DNA of 20,000 nt from Chiloscyllium plagiosum (GCF_004010195.1 NC_057718.1:48966198-48986197), one strand, 5' to 3'. Counted from the first letter of the stretch, positions 1 to 10,224 are shown. Notes: generated from the sequence alone by a model not told the origin. Translations and numbers: made by a program.

Positions 1-1521
1 AAACGTTGATGGATGTGGAAGGCTCCTTTAGGGCCTTGGATGGAGGTGAGGGAGGAGGTGTGGGCGCAGATTTTGTAATTCCTGCGGTAGCAGGGGAAGG
101 TGCCAGGATGAGGGTGCATTGTAGGGGGGTGTGGACCTGACCAGGTTGTCACGGAGGGAATGGTCTTTGCGGAAAGGGAAAGGGGTGGGGAGGGAAATAT
201 ATCCCTGGTGATGGGGTCCATTTGGAGGTGGTGGAAATGTCAGTGGATGATTGGTTTATGCGAAGGTTGGTAGGGTAGAAGGTGAGCACCAGGGGCATTC
301 TGTCCTTGTTACAGTTGGAGGGGTGAGGTCTGAGGGCAGAGGTGCGGGATGTGGATGAGATGCGTTGGAGGGCATCTTTAACCACATGGGAAGGGAAATT
401 GCAGTCTCTAAAGAAGGAGGCCATCTGGTGTGTTCTGTGGTGGAACTGGTCCTCCTGGGAGCAGATACGGCGGAGGCGGAGGAATTGGGAATATGGGATG
501 GCATTTTTGCAGGAGGTAGGGTGGGAAGAGATATAAGCCAGGTAGCTGTGGGAGTCGGGTTTGTAAAAAATGTCGGTGTCAAGTCGGTCGTCATTAATGG
601 AGATGGAGAGGGCCAGGAAGGGGAGGGAGATGTCAGAGATGGTCCAGGTAAATTTAAGGTCAGGGTGGAATGTGCTAGTGAAGTTAATGAATTACTCAAC
701 CTCCTCGCGGGNNNNNNNNNNNNNNNNNNNNNNNNNNNNNNNNNNNNNNNNNNNNNNNNNNTCGAACGTATGTGGGGAGTTCCTGGACTAGGGGGGATAG
801 GACAGTGTTGAGGTAGGTAGAAATGAGTTCAGTGGAGCAGGAGCATGCTGAGACAATGAGTCGGCCAGGATGGTCAGACTTGTAGATCTTGGGAAGGAGG
901 TAGAACCGGGCAGAGCGGGCTTCCCGGACTATGAGGTTGGAAGCAGTGGGTGGGAGATCTCCTGATGTGATGAGGTTCTGTATGGTTCTGGGAGATGATG
1001 GTTTAGTGGTGGGGGGTGGGGTCATGGTCGAGGGGGCGGTAGGAAGAGGTGTCCTTGAGTTGGCTTTTGGCTTCAGCGGTGTAGAGGTCAGTGCGCCAGA
1101 CTACCACTGTGCCCCCTTTATCTGCTGGCTTGATGGTGAAGTTGGGATTGGACCAAAGGGATTGGAGTGCTGTGTGTTGTGAGGTTGAAAGGTTGGAGTG
1201 GGGGAATGGGGTAGATAGGTTGAGGCGGTTAATGTCCCGGCGACAGTTGGAAATGAAGAGGTCGAGGGCAGGTAATAGGCCAGCATGGGGTGTCCAGGTG
1301 GATGCAGTGTGTTGGAGGTAGGCAAAGGGGTCCTCAGAAGGTGGGCAGGAGTCCTGATTGTGAAAGTAAGCTCGGAGGCGGAGGCGGCGGAAGAAGTGTT
1401 CGACCTCACGGCGTGTATTAATTTCATTGATGCGTGGGCGGAGGCGGATGAAGGTGAGTCCTTTGCTGAGGACTGATTGTTTGTCCTCAGTGAGGGGGAG
1501 GTCAGGGGGAATGGTGAAAAC
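1..1521 (-). mobile_element. Penelope-like retroelement (Neptune-type), decayed: N-terminal/DKG domain, RT, thumb and Cys-rich linker; runs off the left edge towards GIY-YIG
   Basis: Minus-strand translations give VFTIPPDLPL..LSKGLTF, IKPADKGGTVVVW (1111-1134), FYLLPKIYK..GRLIVS, FHPDLKFTW..LPFL, YKP.DSHSYL, IPYSQFLRLRRICS, and GTFPCYRRNYKICAHT..QGPKGAFHIHQRF. These are PLE RT and linker motifs. There are frameshifts and stops, and an N gap interrupts the RT. Confidence 0.93.
712..761. other. Assembly gap (50 N) inside the PLE RT
   Basis: Run of N. The flanks read PTYVR and REEVE. The homologous interval in the copy at about 5879-6274 is roughly 0.4 kb, so the real gap is probably larger than 50 bp. 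Confidence 0.97.
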
Positions 1522-2300
1522 ACCTTCCACCGACACTCTCATTCGTTTGGCTGAACTGGTCCTCACCCTTAAGGATTTCTCCTTCGAATCCTCCCACTTC
1601 CTCCAGACCAAAGGGGTAGCCATTGGCACCTGGATGGTCCCCAGCTATGCCTGTCTCTTTGTTGGCTACGTAGAACAGTCCATCTTCCGTAATTACACTG
1701 GCACCACTCCCCACCTCTTCCTCCGCTACATTGATGACCGCATTGGCGCCAACTCGTGGTCCCGCAAGGAAGTTGAGCAATTCATTAACTTCACCAACAC
1801 ATTCCACCCTGACCTTAAATTTACCTGGACCATCTCTGACACCTCCCTCCCCTTCCTGGACCTCTCCATCTCCATTCATGATGACCGACTTGACACCAAC
1901 ATTTTTTTACAAACCCACCGACTTCCACAGCTTCCTGGATTACACCAGACGCATGGAGGAAGAACGCCTCATCTTCTGGCTCGGAGCACTTCAACCCCAG
2001 GGCATCAATGTGGACTTCGACAGTTTCCTCATTTCCCCTTCCCCCACCTCACCCCAGTTCTAAACTTCCAGCTCAGCAGTGTCCCCATGATGTGTCCTAC
2101 CTGCCTATCTTCTTTTCCACCTATCCACTCCACCCACCCCCCTGACCTATCACCTTCATCCCCTCCCCCACTCAACTATTGTACTCTATGCTACTTTCTC
2201 CCCAACCCCACCCTCCTCTCATTTATCTCTCCACCTTTCAGGCACTCTGCCTGTATTCCTGATGAAGGGCTTTTGCCTGAAACGTCGATTTTACTGCTCT
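1522..2300 (+). mobile_element. Penelope-like element, 5'-truncated and internally deleted, inverted relative to 1-1521; includes 3' UTR/pLTR
   Basis: Reads PSTDTLIRLAELVLTL..FLQTKGVAIG..PSYACLF..FLRYIDD (YIDD at 1727-1738)..YKPTDFHSFLDYT. At 1946/1947 it jumps to the GIY-YIG C-terminus RRMEEERLIFWLGALQPQGINVDF, followed by a pyrimidine-rich UTR and a hammerhead motif. Confidence 0.93.
2255..2290 (+). ncRNA. Minimal type-I hammerhead ribozyme motif (PLE 3' terminus)
   Basis: ATTC-CTGATGA-A-GGGC-TTTT-GCCT-GAAA-C-GTC-GATT. Core CUGANGA at 2259-2265, stem II at 2267-2278, GAAA at 2279-2282, palindromic ACGT stem III, GUC cleavage triplet at 2284-2286. Confidence 0.8.
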
Positions 2301-2374
2301 ATGACAGTACTTGTTTTGTATTGTTCATTAAGGTTCTGTGATAGATTAGCTTACTCAGGGATCTTTGTATTCTC

Positions 2375-2652
2375 CAATTCTGAGAATTTGCCTATCCTAA
2401 TTTTGGCAGCCACACCTTCAGCTGCTTTGGCCTGAAGCTCTGGAATTACCATGCCAGCTCTCTCTCTCTGCCTCGGTAGCTTTCTCTCCCCCAATAATAT
2501 CTGAAATGACTTAGGTCCTTCACCAAGTTTTAGACCATCGAGCCTAATATCTTCTTTTTGGCTCAATGTCAAAGTTTGTGTTATAAACCCTCCTGTGAGT
2601 GTCTTAGGAAGATTTGCTATGTTAGAAGTACCATATAATTACAAATTGTTGT
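2375..2652 (+). mobile_element. Old L2-type LINE 3' end
   Basis: Degenerate GSHTFSCFGLKLWN (compare the GGRAFS..PKLWN ORF2 end), then tail GTGAGTGTCTTAGGA..CTATGTTAGAAGTACCATATAATTACAAATTGTTGT, which resembles the L2 tail GTGAAGCGCCTTGGG..AAAGGCGCTATATAAATGCAAGTTGTT. Confidence 0.65.
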
Positions 2653-2714
2653 AATTCATTTCTGATATTTGCAATATTTATGGAAAGACATTTATAGAAA
2701 TAGCATAAGTAATT

Positions 2715-2813
2715 TCAGTAACTCCCCATCACCTTTTCAAAGACAACACAGGGTGGGCAATAAATGCTGGCTCAGCGAGTGATGCCCACATCCACCAATA
2801 GTTGCATAAAAAG
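2715..2813 (+). mobile_element. Short non-LTR retrotransposon 3' tail
   Basis: CATCACCTTTTCAAAGACAAC..GGGTGGGCAATAAATGCTGGCTCAGCGAGTGATGCCCACATCC..TAAAAA has AATAAA plus an A-rich end. From memory it resembles a common elasmobranch LINE tail; family not assigned. Confidence 0.55.
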
Positions 2814-3101
2814 GAATAACAATGCATAGATTCCCCTGGGAGGAAATTAATCATTCATATGACAGTGCCATCCAGGCCATATGGTGTCTTTATTCTGTGT
2901 TGCATTTGTTGGTCTCAACTAGAGCAGCATTAAGAGCATTGTAATCAATCTCAATTTCTGGTATAGGAATATACAAAATGAAAATGGCTAGGTCCCATTT
3001 CTGATTATTTTCTTGTGGCCAAGTTAGAAACAGAATATGGGGTCAGATGATCAGATCAGAGGACAGGCTGAATTGATTGTAATGTACCCATGGTTGAGTA
3101 T

Positions 3102-3826
3102 TAGAGTCCTGGAGTCAAAGCGATGTACAGCACGGAAACAGACCCTTCGGTCCAACTCGTCTATGCTGACCAGATATCCCAACCCAATCTAGTCCCACCT
3201 GCCAGCACCTGGCCCACATCCCTCCAAATCCCTCCTATTCATGTACCCATCCAGATGCCTTTTAAATGTTACAATTGTACTAGCCTCCATCATTTCGTCT
3301 GGCAGCTCATTCCATTCACGTACCGCCCTCTCACCCTAAACCTATGCCCTCTAGTTCTGGACTCCCTCACCCCAGGGAAAAGACTTTGCCTATTTATCCT
3401 ATCCATGTCCATCATGATTTTGTAAACCTCTATAAGGTCACCCCTCAGCCTCTGATGCTCCAGGGAAAACAGCCATAGCCTATTTAACCTCTGTCTTTAG
3501 CTCAAATCCTCCAACCCTGGCAACCCCCTTGTAAATCTTTTCTGAACGCTTTCAAGTTTCACAACATCTTTCCGATAGGAAGGAGACCAGAATTGCATGC
3601 AATATTCCAACAGTGGCCTAACCAATGTCCTGTATAGCCGCAACATGACATCCCAACTCCTTTACTCAATACTCTGACCAAAAAGAAAAGCATACCAAAC
3701 GTCTTCTTCACTATCCTATCTATCTGCAATTCCACTTTCAAGGAGCTATGAACCTGCACTCCAAGGTCTCTTTGTTCAGCAACACTCCCTAAGACCTTAC
3801 CATTAAGTGTATAAGTCCTGCTAAGA
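3102..3826 (-). mobile_element. CR1-clade LINE, 5'-truncated 3' fragment
   Basis: Reads RTYTLNGKVLGSVAEQRDLGVQVHSSLKV..IVKK.FGML (CR1 ORF2 C-terminus). The 3' end has GGACCGAAGGGTCTGTTTCCGTGCTGTA and a degenerate GACTCT-type tail near 3102-3125. Confidence 0.92.
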
Positions 3827-4959
3827 TATTTAATGCCTTCTGTAACACAGCAATGACCACCTGCATGAAATAACAGCCAATGACTGGGCTCCAAGTAGAC
3901 TTAATACTTTCAGGAAAAGAGAGGTGAAACTGGACTTCCATTTGTTGTTATGTCTTCTTTTGTACCACATTTTATTTTCAAATAGGAGATGGGACTATGC
4001 TATTGTGTTCAAATGTTTGTAGTGTGAAGGAATCTGTGGTGAAATGTGCACAAAGTGAATTCCAATATTTAATTACATAATAATACGAAAATGGGAAAAG
4101 AATCACATTTAAAGCATATGCCTAATGATGAATATATAATCAGAAACCAACAGAGATAGAAATTGGCATGATGTGTTTGAAACAGCTATTTCAATAGCCA
4201 CTTAATGGGGTACATGTAATTATTTAATAAAATTATTTGCAAAAGTCAGTTATTATTGTGTTGGGAAAACATTTTCCATGGTTTTGTGGATCAGGTACAA
4301 GTTTTTTACTTGATGCTTGGTTGTATTTGTTTTGAATGCAAACTGTTAATGATTATCAGTTTTGATATATATTAGTGAACTGTTTTTAACAAATGAATAT
4401 AAATTGCTTTATCTATTTAACAGAGAGACACTTATTTCCTAAGTTAATGAGCGCCCAGTGGAAACATAGCAACTATTAATATCCTATGATAGCTTCAATA
4501 GAAGATCAGTTGAAACCCCAGAGAAATGACTATTTTCTCTGAAAATTCTGTGTATCCCCTGCCAAGGTTATAGTGGGAGACTGTTAGTAGCATCACAGAG
4601 TTTCAGGAATAGATCCTCCCGTTTGTGTTGATGTGAGTATAAAGCCATTACCCTCTCCTTCAATGGAGCAACAGACGTCCTCAACACACGAAAGAAACTG
4701 TCAACCCAATGGAGTAAATAAGCTCCATGGTTCACCTTAAAGAGTATAATTGAGGGTACTGCTGTCTGACGTCATTGCTCATAGCTGAAGTTCAGATACC
4801 AGAATGTTTGTTTGGATCGATGCAATCATGTGCAAATGTCCTTCCTGGCTGTCTGTAGTTAAGTGACCTATGCCTATCGCTTACTGCAGGCAGCCACCTT
4901 ACAGGTAGTTACAATGAGGGAAATGTGCAAATGGCACTGTACTTATTGAATTCGTAAGT

Positions 4960-5366
4960 CAATAAGAAATGACAGGAAAAGTGGAGAGAGCAGTTAGTAA
5001 AGCATGCAATATCCTCAGTTTTATTAATACTAGCATGGAACTCAAGAGCAAGAAGATAATGCTGAACTTGTATAAGACATTATTTCGGTCTCAGTTGGAA
5101 TGTTGTGTCCAGTTCTGGATGACACACTTAAGGAAGGACGTGAACACATAGGAGAGAATCAGAAGAAGTTCCAGGGATGAGGAAAAGAGGACAGATTGGA
5201 GACATTGGGACTGTTTCTCTTGGAAAGGAGAAGCTAAGAGGAGATTTGAGTAAAGGTTTCAAAATCATTGGAGTTCCAGACACAGTATACTGTATAGGGA
5301 AAAACAATTCCTATTTATAAAAGAATTAAGAGTGATGGGCAAAGGTTTGAAGTGTAATGGTCCAAG
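4960..5366 (+). mobile_element. Older CR1 LINE, part 1 (continues at 5761-5866 and 7665-7733)
   Basis: Reads KACNILSFINTSMELKSKKIMLNLYKTLFRSQLECCVQFW..LGLFLLERR..RGDL, typical of the CR1 ORF2 C-terminal region. Confidence 0.88.
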
Positions 5367-5370
5367 CTGC

Positions 5371-5761
5371 TGTTACCGCTGGACAAATATGATACCTGAA
5401 TGAAATCTGCCTTGAAAAATCATAGGCTCTTTCGTTATATTTAGAATGATAATAATTCAGTAAAACATAGTCACACAAAGCTGCAGATTTACGTTAAGAA
5501 TTAAGCAGAAGTTTATTAGACAAAATAAAATCAAATAAAATAAGATAAACTGAGCTATCTAAATATAAAAACGCAGTTTGAAAGATCTTAAAATATACAG
5601 CAAAACAAAGTTTCATCTATTCCCCAACATCATCATGTTATAGGTATTTAAATCCAGATAAATTTATGCTTCTATATCAAACCATAACTATTTCTCTTCA
5701 GTTTATTGTTCTGTCAACTGCAAAGTCATCAGCTCAGTACCACATCCTGGATTATTTCACA
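5371..5761. mobile_element. Unassigned AT-rich insertion in the CR1; possible solo LTR remnant
   Basis: Interrupts CR1 homology. Begins TGTTAC and ends TTCACA, with TTTATT (AATAAA on the minus strand) near 5513. No target-site duplication (TSD) seen. Confidence 0.3.
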
Positions 5762-5866
5762 GTTCAACTGAAACTTTCAAGAGAAAATGAGATGATTATT
5801 TGATTAGAAACACTGTGCAAGATTACAAGGAAAAGGGAGGAGAAAATCAATGAGTAATAATGCTCC
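5761..5866 (+). mobile_element. Older CR1 LINE, part 2 (end of ORF2 / start of 3' UTR)
   Basis: Reads STETFKRK*DDYLIRNTVQDYKEKGGE, matching the CR1 terminal motif FKRxLD..QGYGEKAGEW. Confidence 0.7.
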
Positions 5867-7660
5867 CATTTACATTAGCGACCCTCTGACACTTTACATC
5901 AGTTTCGGAATTTCCAATTTGTGTGTTCAAGTTGCCTTCTCTTTACCATGGAAGTGCAATCCCTTTACACACCCATTCCTGTCAGGGTGGTCTCAGGTCT
6001 GTTCGCTCAGTCCTGGAAAATCTCTTGAAATGTCCTCATCCACCACCATCCTCCTCTTCCTGGCTGAACTTGACCTCACTCTCTGAACAACTTCTCTTTT
6101 AATTGCGCTCACTTTCTTCAGGTCAAAGAGATGCCATGAGCACTCAGATGGGCCCCAGTTATACCTGTCTGTTTGTGGGGGATGTGCAACATTCCTTGTT
6201 CCAGTCCTATTCTGGCTCCCACCCATAATTCTTTCTCTGCTATATTGATGATATCATCGGTGCTGCCTCCCTCTCTGGTTCAGTATTGGAAACATTTGTT
6301 AATTTTGATTTCAATTTCCACCTTGCTCTAACCTTCACCTGGCCCATCTTTGACTTCCTCCTTCCTGTCCTCAATATCTCTGTTTTCATTTCAGAGGAAA
6401 GGCTGGCCACCAATATCCACTACAAACCCACTGACTCCCACTGTTATCTTGACTATACGTCCTTGCAACTACTTCCTGTAAAGATTCTAATCCATTCTCC
6501 CAGTTCCTCCATCTCCATCACATCTGTTCTGATGTTGCTAATTTTGACAAGGAGGCCTCTGAAATGTCCACCTTCTTCTTTAAGCGAGGATTTCCTAGCA
6601 TCGTCGTTGACCAGACCCACAGCCAGATTAGTCCCATCTCTCGTACTTCAGTCCTCACCTCCTCTCTTCTGTCCCACAACAGTGATAGGGTTACCCTTGT
6701 CCTCACCTACCATCCCATCAACAGCTACATCCAGAGGATCATTAGCTGCCATTTCTGCCATCTCCAGAGAAATGCCACCACCAAACACATATTCCTCTCC
6801 CCACCATTGTCAGCCTTCCACAAGGACTGTTCCCTCTAGGACACCCTGGTCCATTCCTCCTTCAGTCCCAACACTCCCCCCAAAGCCTCAGAGTATCTTC
6901 CCCTGCAACCACAGAAGATGATAACACCTGCCCATCTAACTCCTCCCTCCTCAGTATCCAAGAACCCAAGCACACCTCCTGGGGTGAAGCAGCACTTTAC
7001 CTGCACTTCACTCAATCTAGTCTACTGCATACACTGATTACAATGTGGTCTTCTCTATATTGGAGACTGGGTCACCGCTTCGCATAACAAATATGTTCTG
7101 TCCGCAAAAGAGATCCCTAGCTTCCAGGTGCCTGCCATTTTAACACATCACCATGGTCCCTGGCCAACATCTCTGTCTCAGGCTTGCTGCAGTGCTCCAG
7201 TGAAGCTCAGTGCAAGCTGGAGGAACAGCACCTCAGTTTCTGTTTGTGAACACGACAGCTTTCTGGATTCAATATCAAGTTCAACAATTTTGGGGGTTGA
7301 GGCACCTTCTCCAATATCCGTACCTCAACTCTCACACACAAAGGCTTGTTATCACAGGGTCTGCTCTTACACATAACCCATCGTTAGCCAGTAATAGTCC
7401 CCATTAGCATCTGTTCATTCTCCCAGACTGACCTTTATCCACTCTTTTGTCTGTCCAAGTGTGCTTTTGTTTCTTCGGGCTCTATCTCCACTATTGTTCA
7501 CTCCTTACCCTTTCCTGCCACCCGATCTTCTGCATAAAAACAACTATTTCCAAGCTACAATCAGTTCTAAAGAAGGGTCACTTGAACTGAAACATTAATT
7601 CTGATTTCTCTCTACAGATGCTGCCAGGCCTGCTGAGCTTTTTCAGCAATTTCTTATGTT
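5862..7660 (+). mobile_element. Older Penelope-like element (Neptune-type), 5'-truncated: RT, linker, GIY-YIG and 3' terminus
   Basis: Reads FTMEVQSLYTPIP, LAELDLTL.NNFSF, QMGPSYTCLFVG, YIDD (6241-6252), YKPTDSHCYLDYTS, FPCNHRR..TCP, NLVYCIH*LQCGLLYIGE (GIY-YIG, 7014-7066) and KLEEQHLSF. It ends with the hammerhead-bearing terminus ..CAGATGCTGCCAGGCCTGCTGAG. Confidence 0.93.
7563..7600 (+). ncRNA. Degenerate (probably inactive) hammerhead ribozyme motif
   Basis: AGTT-CTAAAGA-A-GGGTC-ACTT-GAACT-GAAA-C-ATT-AATT, homologous to 15916-15953. It has core G5 changed to A, mismatches in stem II and a broken stem III palindrome. Confidence 0.65.
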
Positions 7661-7664
7661 GAGT

Positions 7665-7733
7665 CATTTGGAGAGCCAGTGCAGTTAAGATGGCCCAAAC
7701 GGCTCCTTCTGTGCTGTAACAATTCTGGGATCT
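7665..7733 (+). mobile_element. Older CR1 LINE, part 3 (3' tail)
   Basis: ATTTGGAGAGCCAGTGCAG..GATGGCCCAAACGGCTCCTTCTGTGCTGTAACAATTCTG is a CR1-type GGGCCGAATGGCCT..CTGTGCTGTA terminus; it joins naturally onto 5866. Confidence 0.72.
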
Positions 7734-8174
7734 TGTACCAGTGTATTGCTTTGTGAACTTTCAGGATGGATATGTAAAGCTCTTTCGGAAAACTCCTTGC
7801 CCCTTGCTCTTTCTCCGCTACATTTCCCAATTATACTCTTTTAAAGAGATTATACCTGTGCAGTAATGTTTAGGAATTAGTAATTTGACTTCTGGTGAGT
7901 AAAAGTTACTTCTGCACCTGCCAGAACATCCCCTGGAGACTACTGAATCTTCAGACTATAAGGGAAAGATTCAAAAAGGAAAAATTATACCAATAAAACA
8001 GCCAACAACTAGCCTATATTTATGTTCCTTTTAAATGGCCTTGATGTGGGCAGTTAGGGACATGTTGGTAGGTGGATGCAGTGAGGGATGTTCTTCAGTC
8101 ACTCAGTACTTTTTTAGCTGTATAATGAATAAAGTGTGCTGCCTTTATTCTGGATAGATGAATGACAATGAGAA

Positions 8175-8847
8175 GAGGACTGAAGGTGTTATATCAGAAT
8201 GCATGCAGTATAAGGAATAAGGTAAATGAACTTGTGGCGCAGATTGTAATTGGCAAGTATGATGTGGTGGGCATCACAGAGACATGGCTGCCAGGGGATC
8301 AGGATTGGGAGCTGAATATTCAAGTACATACATCTTATTGAAAAGCTAAGCAGATGGGCAGAGGGGGTAAGGTTGCCTTATTAGTAGTAAATGAAACTAA
8401 ATCAATAGCAAGAAATGAAGTAGGATCAGATGTTGTAGAATCTCTGTGGGTAGAATTGAGGAACCACAAAGGTAAAAAAAATATAGTTAGAGTTATGCAC
8501 AGGCCTTCAAACAGTAGTCAGGAGCTGGGGCGCAAGAGACTGGGACCAGAGGGCATAGCCTTAGATTAAAGTGAAGACCTTTTATAACAGAGGTAAGGAG
8601 AAACTTCTTCAGCCAGAGAGTGGTGAATCTATGGAATTCATTGCCAATGAAGGCTATGGAGGCCAGGTCACTGAGTATATTTAAGACTGAGATAGGTAGG
8701 TTCTTGAGTATCAAGAGAATCAAGGGTTTTGGGGAGAAAGCAGGAGAATTGGGTTGAGGAGTTTATCAACCATGATTGAATGGCGAAGCAGACCCGATGG
8801 GCTGAATGGCCTAATTTCTGCTCCTATGTCTTGTAGCCTAATGGCCT
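8175..8847 (+). mobile_element. CR1 LINE with APE endonuclease N-terminus joined directly to the 3' end
   Basis: 8180-8532 reads LKVLYQNACSIRNKVNEL..YDVVGITETWL..GGKVALLV..ESLWVELRN..HRPSNS (APE). From about 8536 it reads TRGHSL..RRNFFSQRVVNLWNSLP, then tail GATGGGCTGAATGGCCTAATTTCTGCTCCTATGTCT. Confidence 0.9.
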
Positions 8848-8929
8848 TGAACTCCAAAATCTACAGCAATGGCATCAATCAGCACTGCCAGCCAGTTGAT
8901 TTTATGTTCTGATTGTTCGACAATGATGC

Positions 8930-8995
8930 TAAATGGTGAAGCAGGCATGAAGGGTTGAATGGCCTATTCCTTTTCATAATTTCTGTTTTCCTACA
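8930..8995 (+). mobile_element. Isolated CR1-type 3' tail
   Basis: GAAGCAGGCATGAAGGGTTGAATGGCCTATTCCTTTTCATAATTTCTGTTTTCCTAC is a variant of the GGGCTGAATGGCCTA terminus. Confidence 0.55.
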
Positions 8996-9009
8996 TATTT
9001 CTCGCTAAC

Positions 9010-9335
9010 TTTAACACCTTTAGCAACATGGTGTCTGATGTACTTCACATCAAAGGTATGTGCTTGCACACTGCAGATATCATGTTGGAACTGTAGACAT
9101 TTGTAGCTACTCAAGTTTCTGAGCCTCGTATCTGCTCATCAATTCACCTTTCAATGTCTTTCCATTTGGGTGTATACTCCTATCCAAGTTTTATCCCCAA
9201 ATGTATTAGCTCACAATTAACCACATTTAAATATGAATACTATCTGTATGTCTCCTCTGTTCAGTGGTCTATGGACAATGAAGTCCTCATGTGGTTATCA
9301 GACCTCTCAACAATTGGTGTTCAATGAGAATTTCA
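9010..9335 (-). mobile_element. Highly decayed CR1 RT fragment
   Basis: The minus strand gives NVVNCELIHLG..EYT.NGKTLKG..DEQ (compare FNxEKCEVIHFG..YTLNGKILxGVxEQRDL). Confidence 0.55.
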
Positions 9336-9919
9336 CAAAAGTATATTCTAATATTTGTGAAAAAAATTGGAAATGCACTACATTTCAGGTGTTAGGAAAA
9401 TTGGTTGGGTTTTTATAGGACCCCAAGCCAGTGAGCAATATTATTTATTGCCCCTGAATGTGTTATAAAATCACATTATGATAAATTGGTTAAATCAACA
9501 TAGCCAACACTAGCTTGTGAGTATTGCAGTCAAATTATTAGACAATAGACTTGCGTGCTCAAAGTCAAGGGCACATAGTGCTATGTTGTGTGACTGTGGC
9601 AAACTAACATCATCTACTGCCAGGATAATTTGTTAAAAACATTGTTTAGCTTGGTTTAGATTATGATGTCCACAATTAATTTGGTTAAAAGATAAACAAT
9701 CACAAAAAAGTGATCATTTTATATAATTAAAACTTCATGGTATATTTGTTCTTTGCAGTCAGATGTTTCCTGAGGATTACATTTACAGAAATAACTACCT
9801 CAATCCTCCATAGATTAAACATTTCATTTATTTCCTCCTTCAATTTTCTTACCTCTTTCTGTTTTAGTTAAAGACCATGTGCTAGAGAAGTGGCTGAAAT
9901 CTAATAGATATATGACAGA

Positions 9920-10216
9920 GATATTAATTGTTTTGCTTTGGCATTTACCAGAGAGTTAGAGCAGATAGACATGTTATTGAATAATGAGGTGAGTAATGTG
10001 ATATGTGAATTTAAAATAAAGGAATGTATTGAACAAACTAAACAAATTAAAAGAGCATAAGATCCTATTTCAGAAGGATTGCATCCACTTTAATTTAAAT
10101 AATTTAGAAAAGAACTAACAGGGACATTACTATTCCTTTAAAAGAATTCACCAAAGGATGCAGTGCCAGAGAAATGGCTGGAAGTTAATATGTTTTATAA
10201 ATTTAAGAATGGGACA
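9920..10216 (+). mobile_element. Ancient CR1 ORF2, segment 1 of 4
   Basis: Reads LNKLKEHK..EGLHP..VPEKWLEVN..FKNG, a degenerate KLKxDKxPGPDGLHP..VPEDWRxANVxPIFKKG. Confidence 0.65.
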
Positions 10217-10224
10217 GAAATTAG

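Noticed and set aside
1427..2341. 304-aa ORF as a functional RT gene
   Set aside because: It is chimeric: the start is antisense of the neighbouring PLE, the RT is partial, a frameshift follows at about 1902-1908, and the rest reads off-frame and UTR sequence.
2820..3095. Possible degenerate SINE body
   Set aside because: I could not identify A/B boxes or a core domain with confidence.
6919..7037. TGA codons at Cys positions of the PLE linker and GIY-YIG (6919-6921, 7035-7037) as selenocysteine, as known in some Naiad PLEs
   Set aside because: The first looks like a 1-nt insertion in TGT AAC. The copy is full of stops and frameshifts, and I saw no SECIS. Neutral decay is sufficient.
9740..9815. 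Acceptor-like tttgttctttgcag followed by a short open frame
   Set aside because: There is no convincing donor and no recognisable peptide. The acceptor-like site at about 4423 likewise leads to stops in all three frames.
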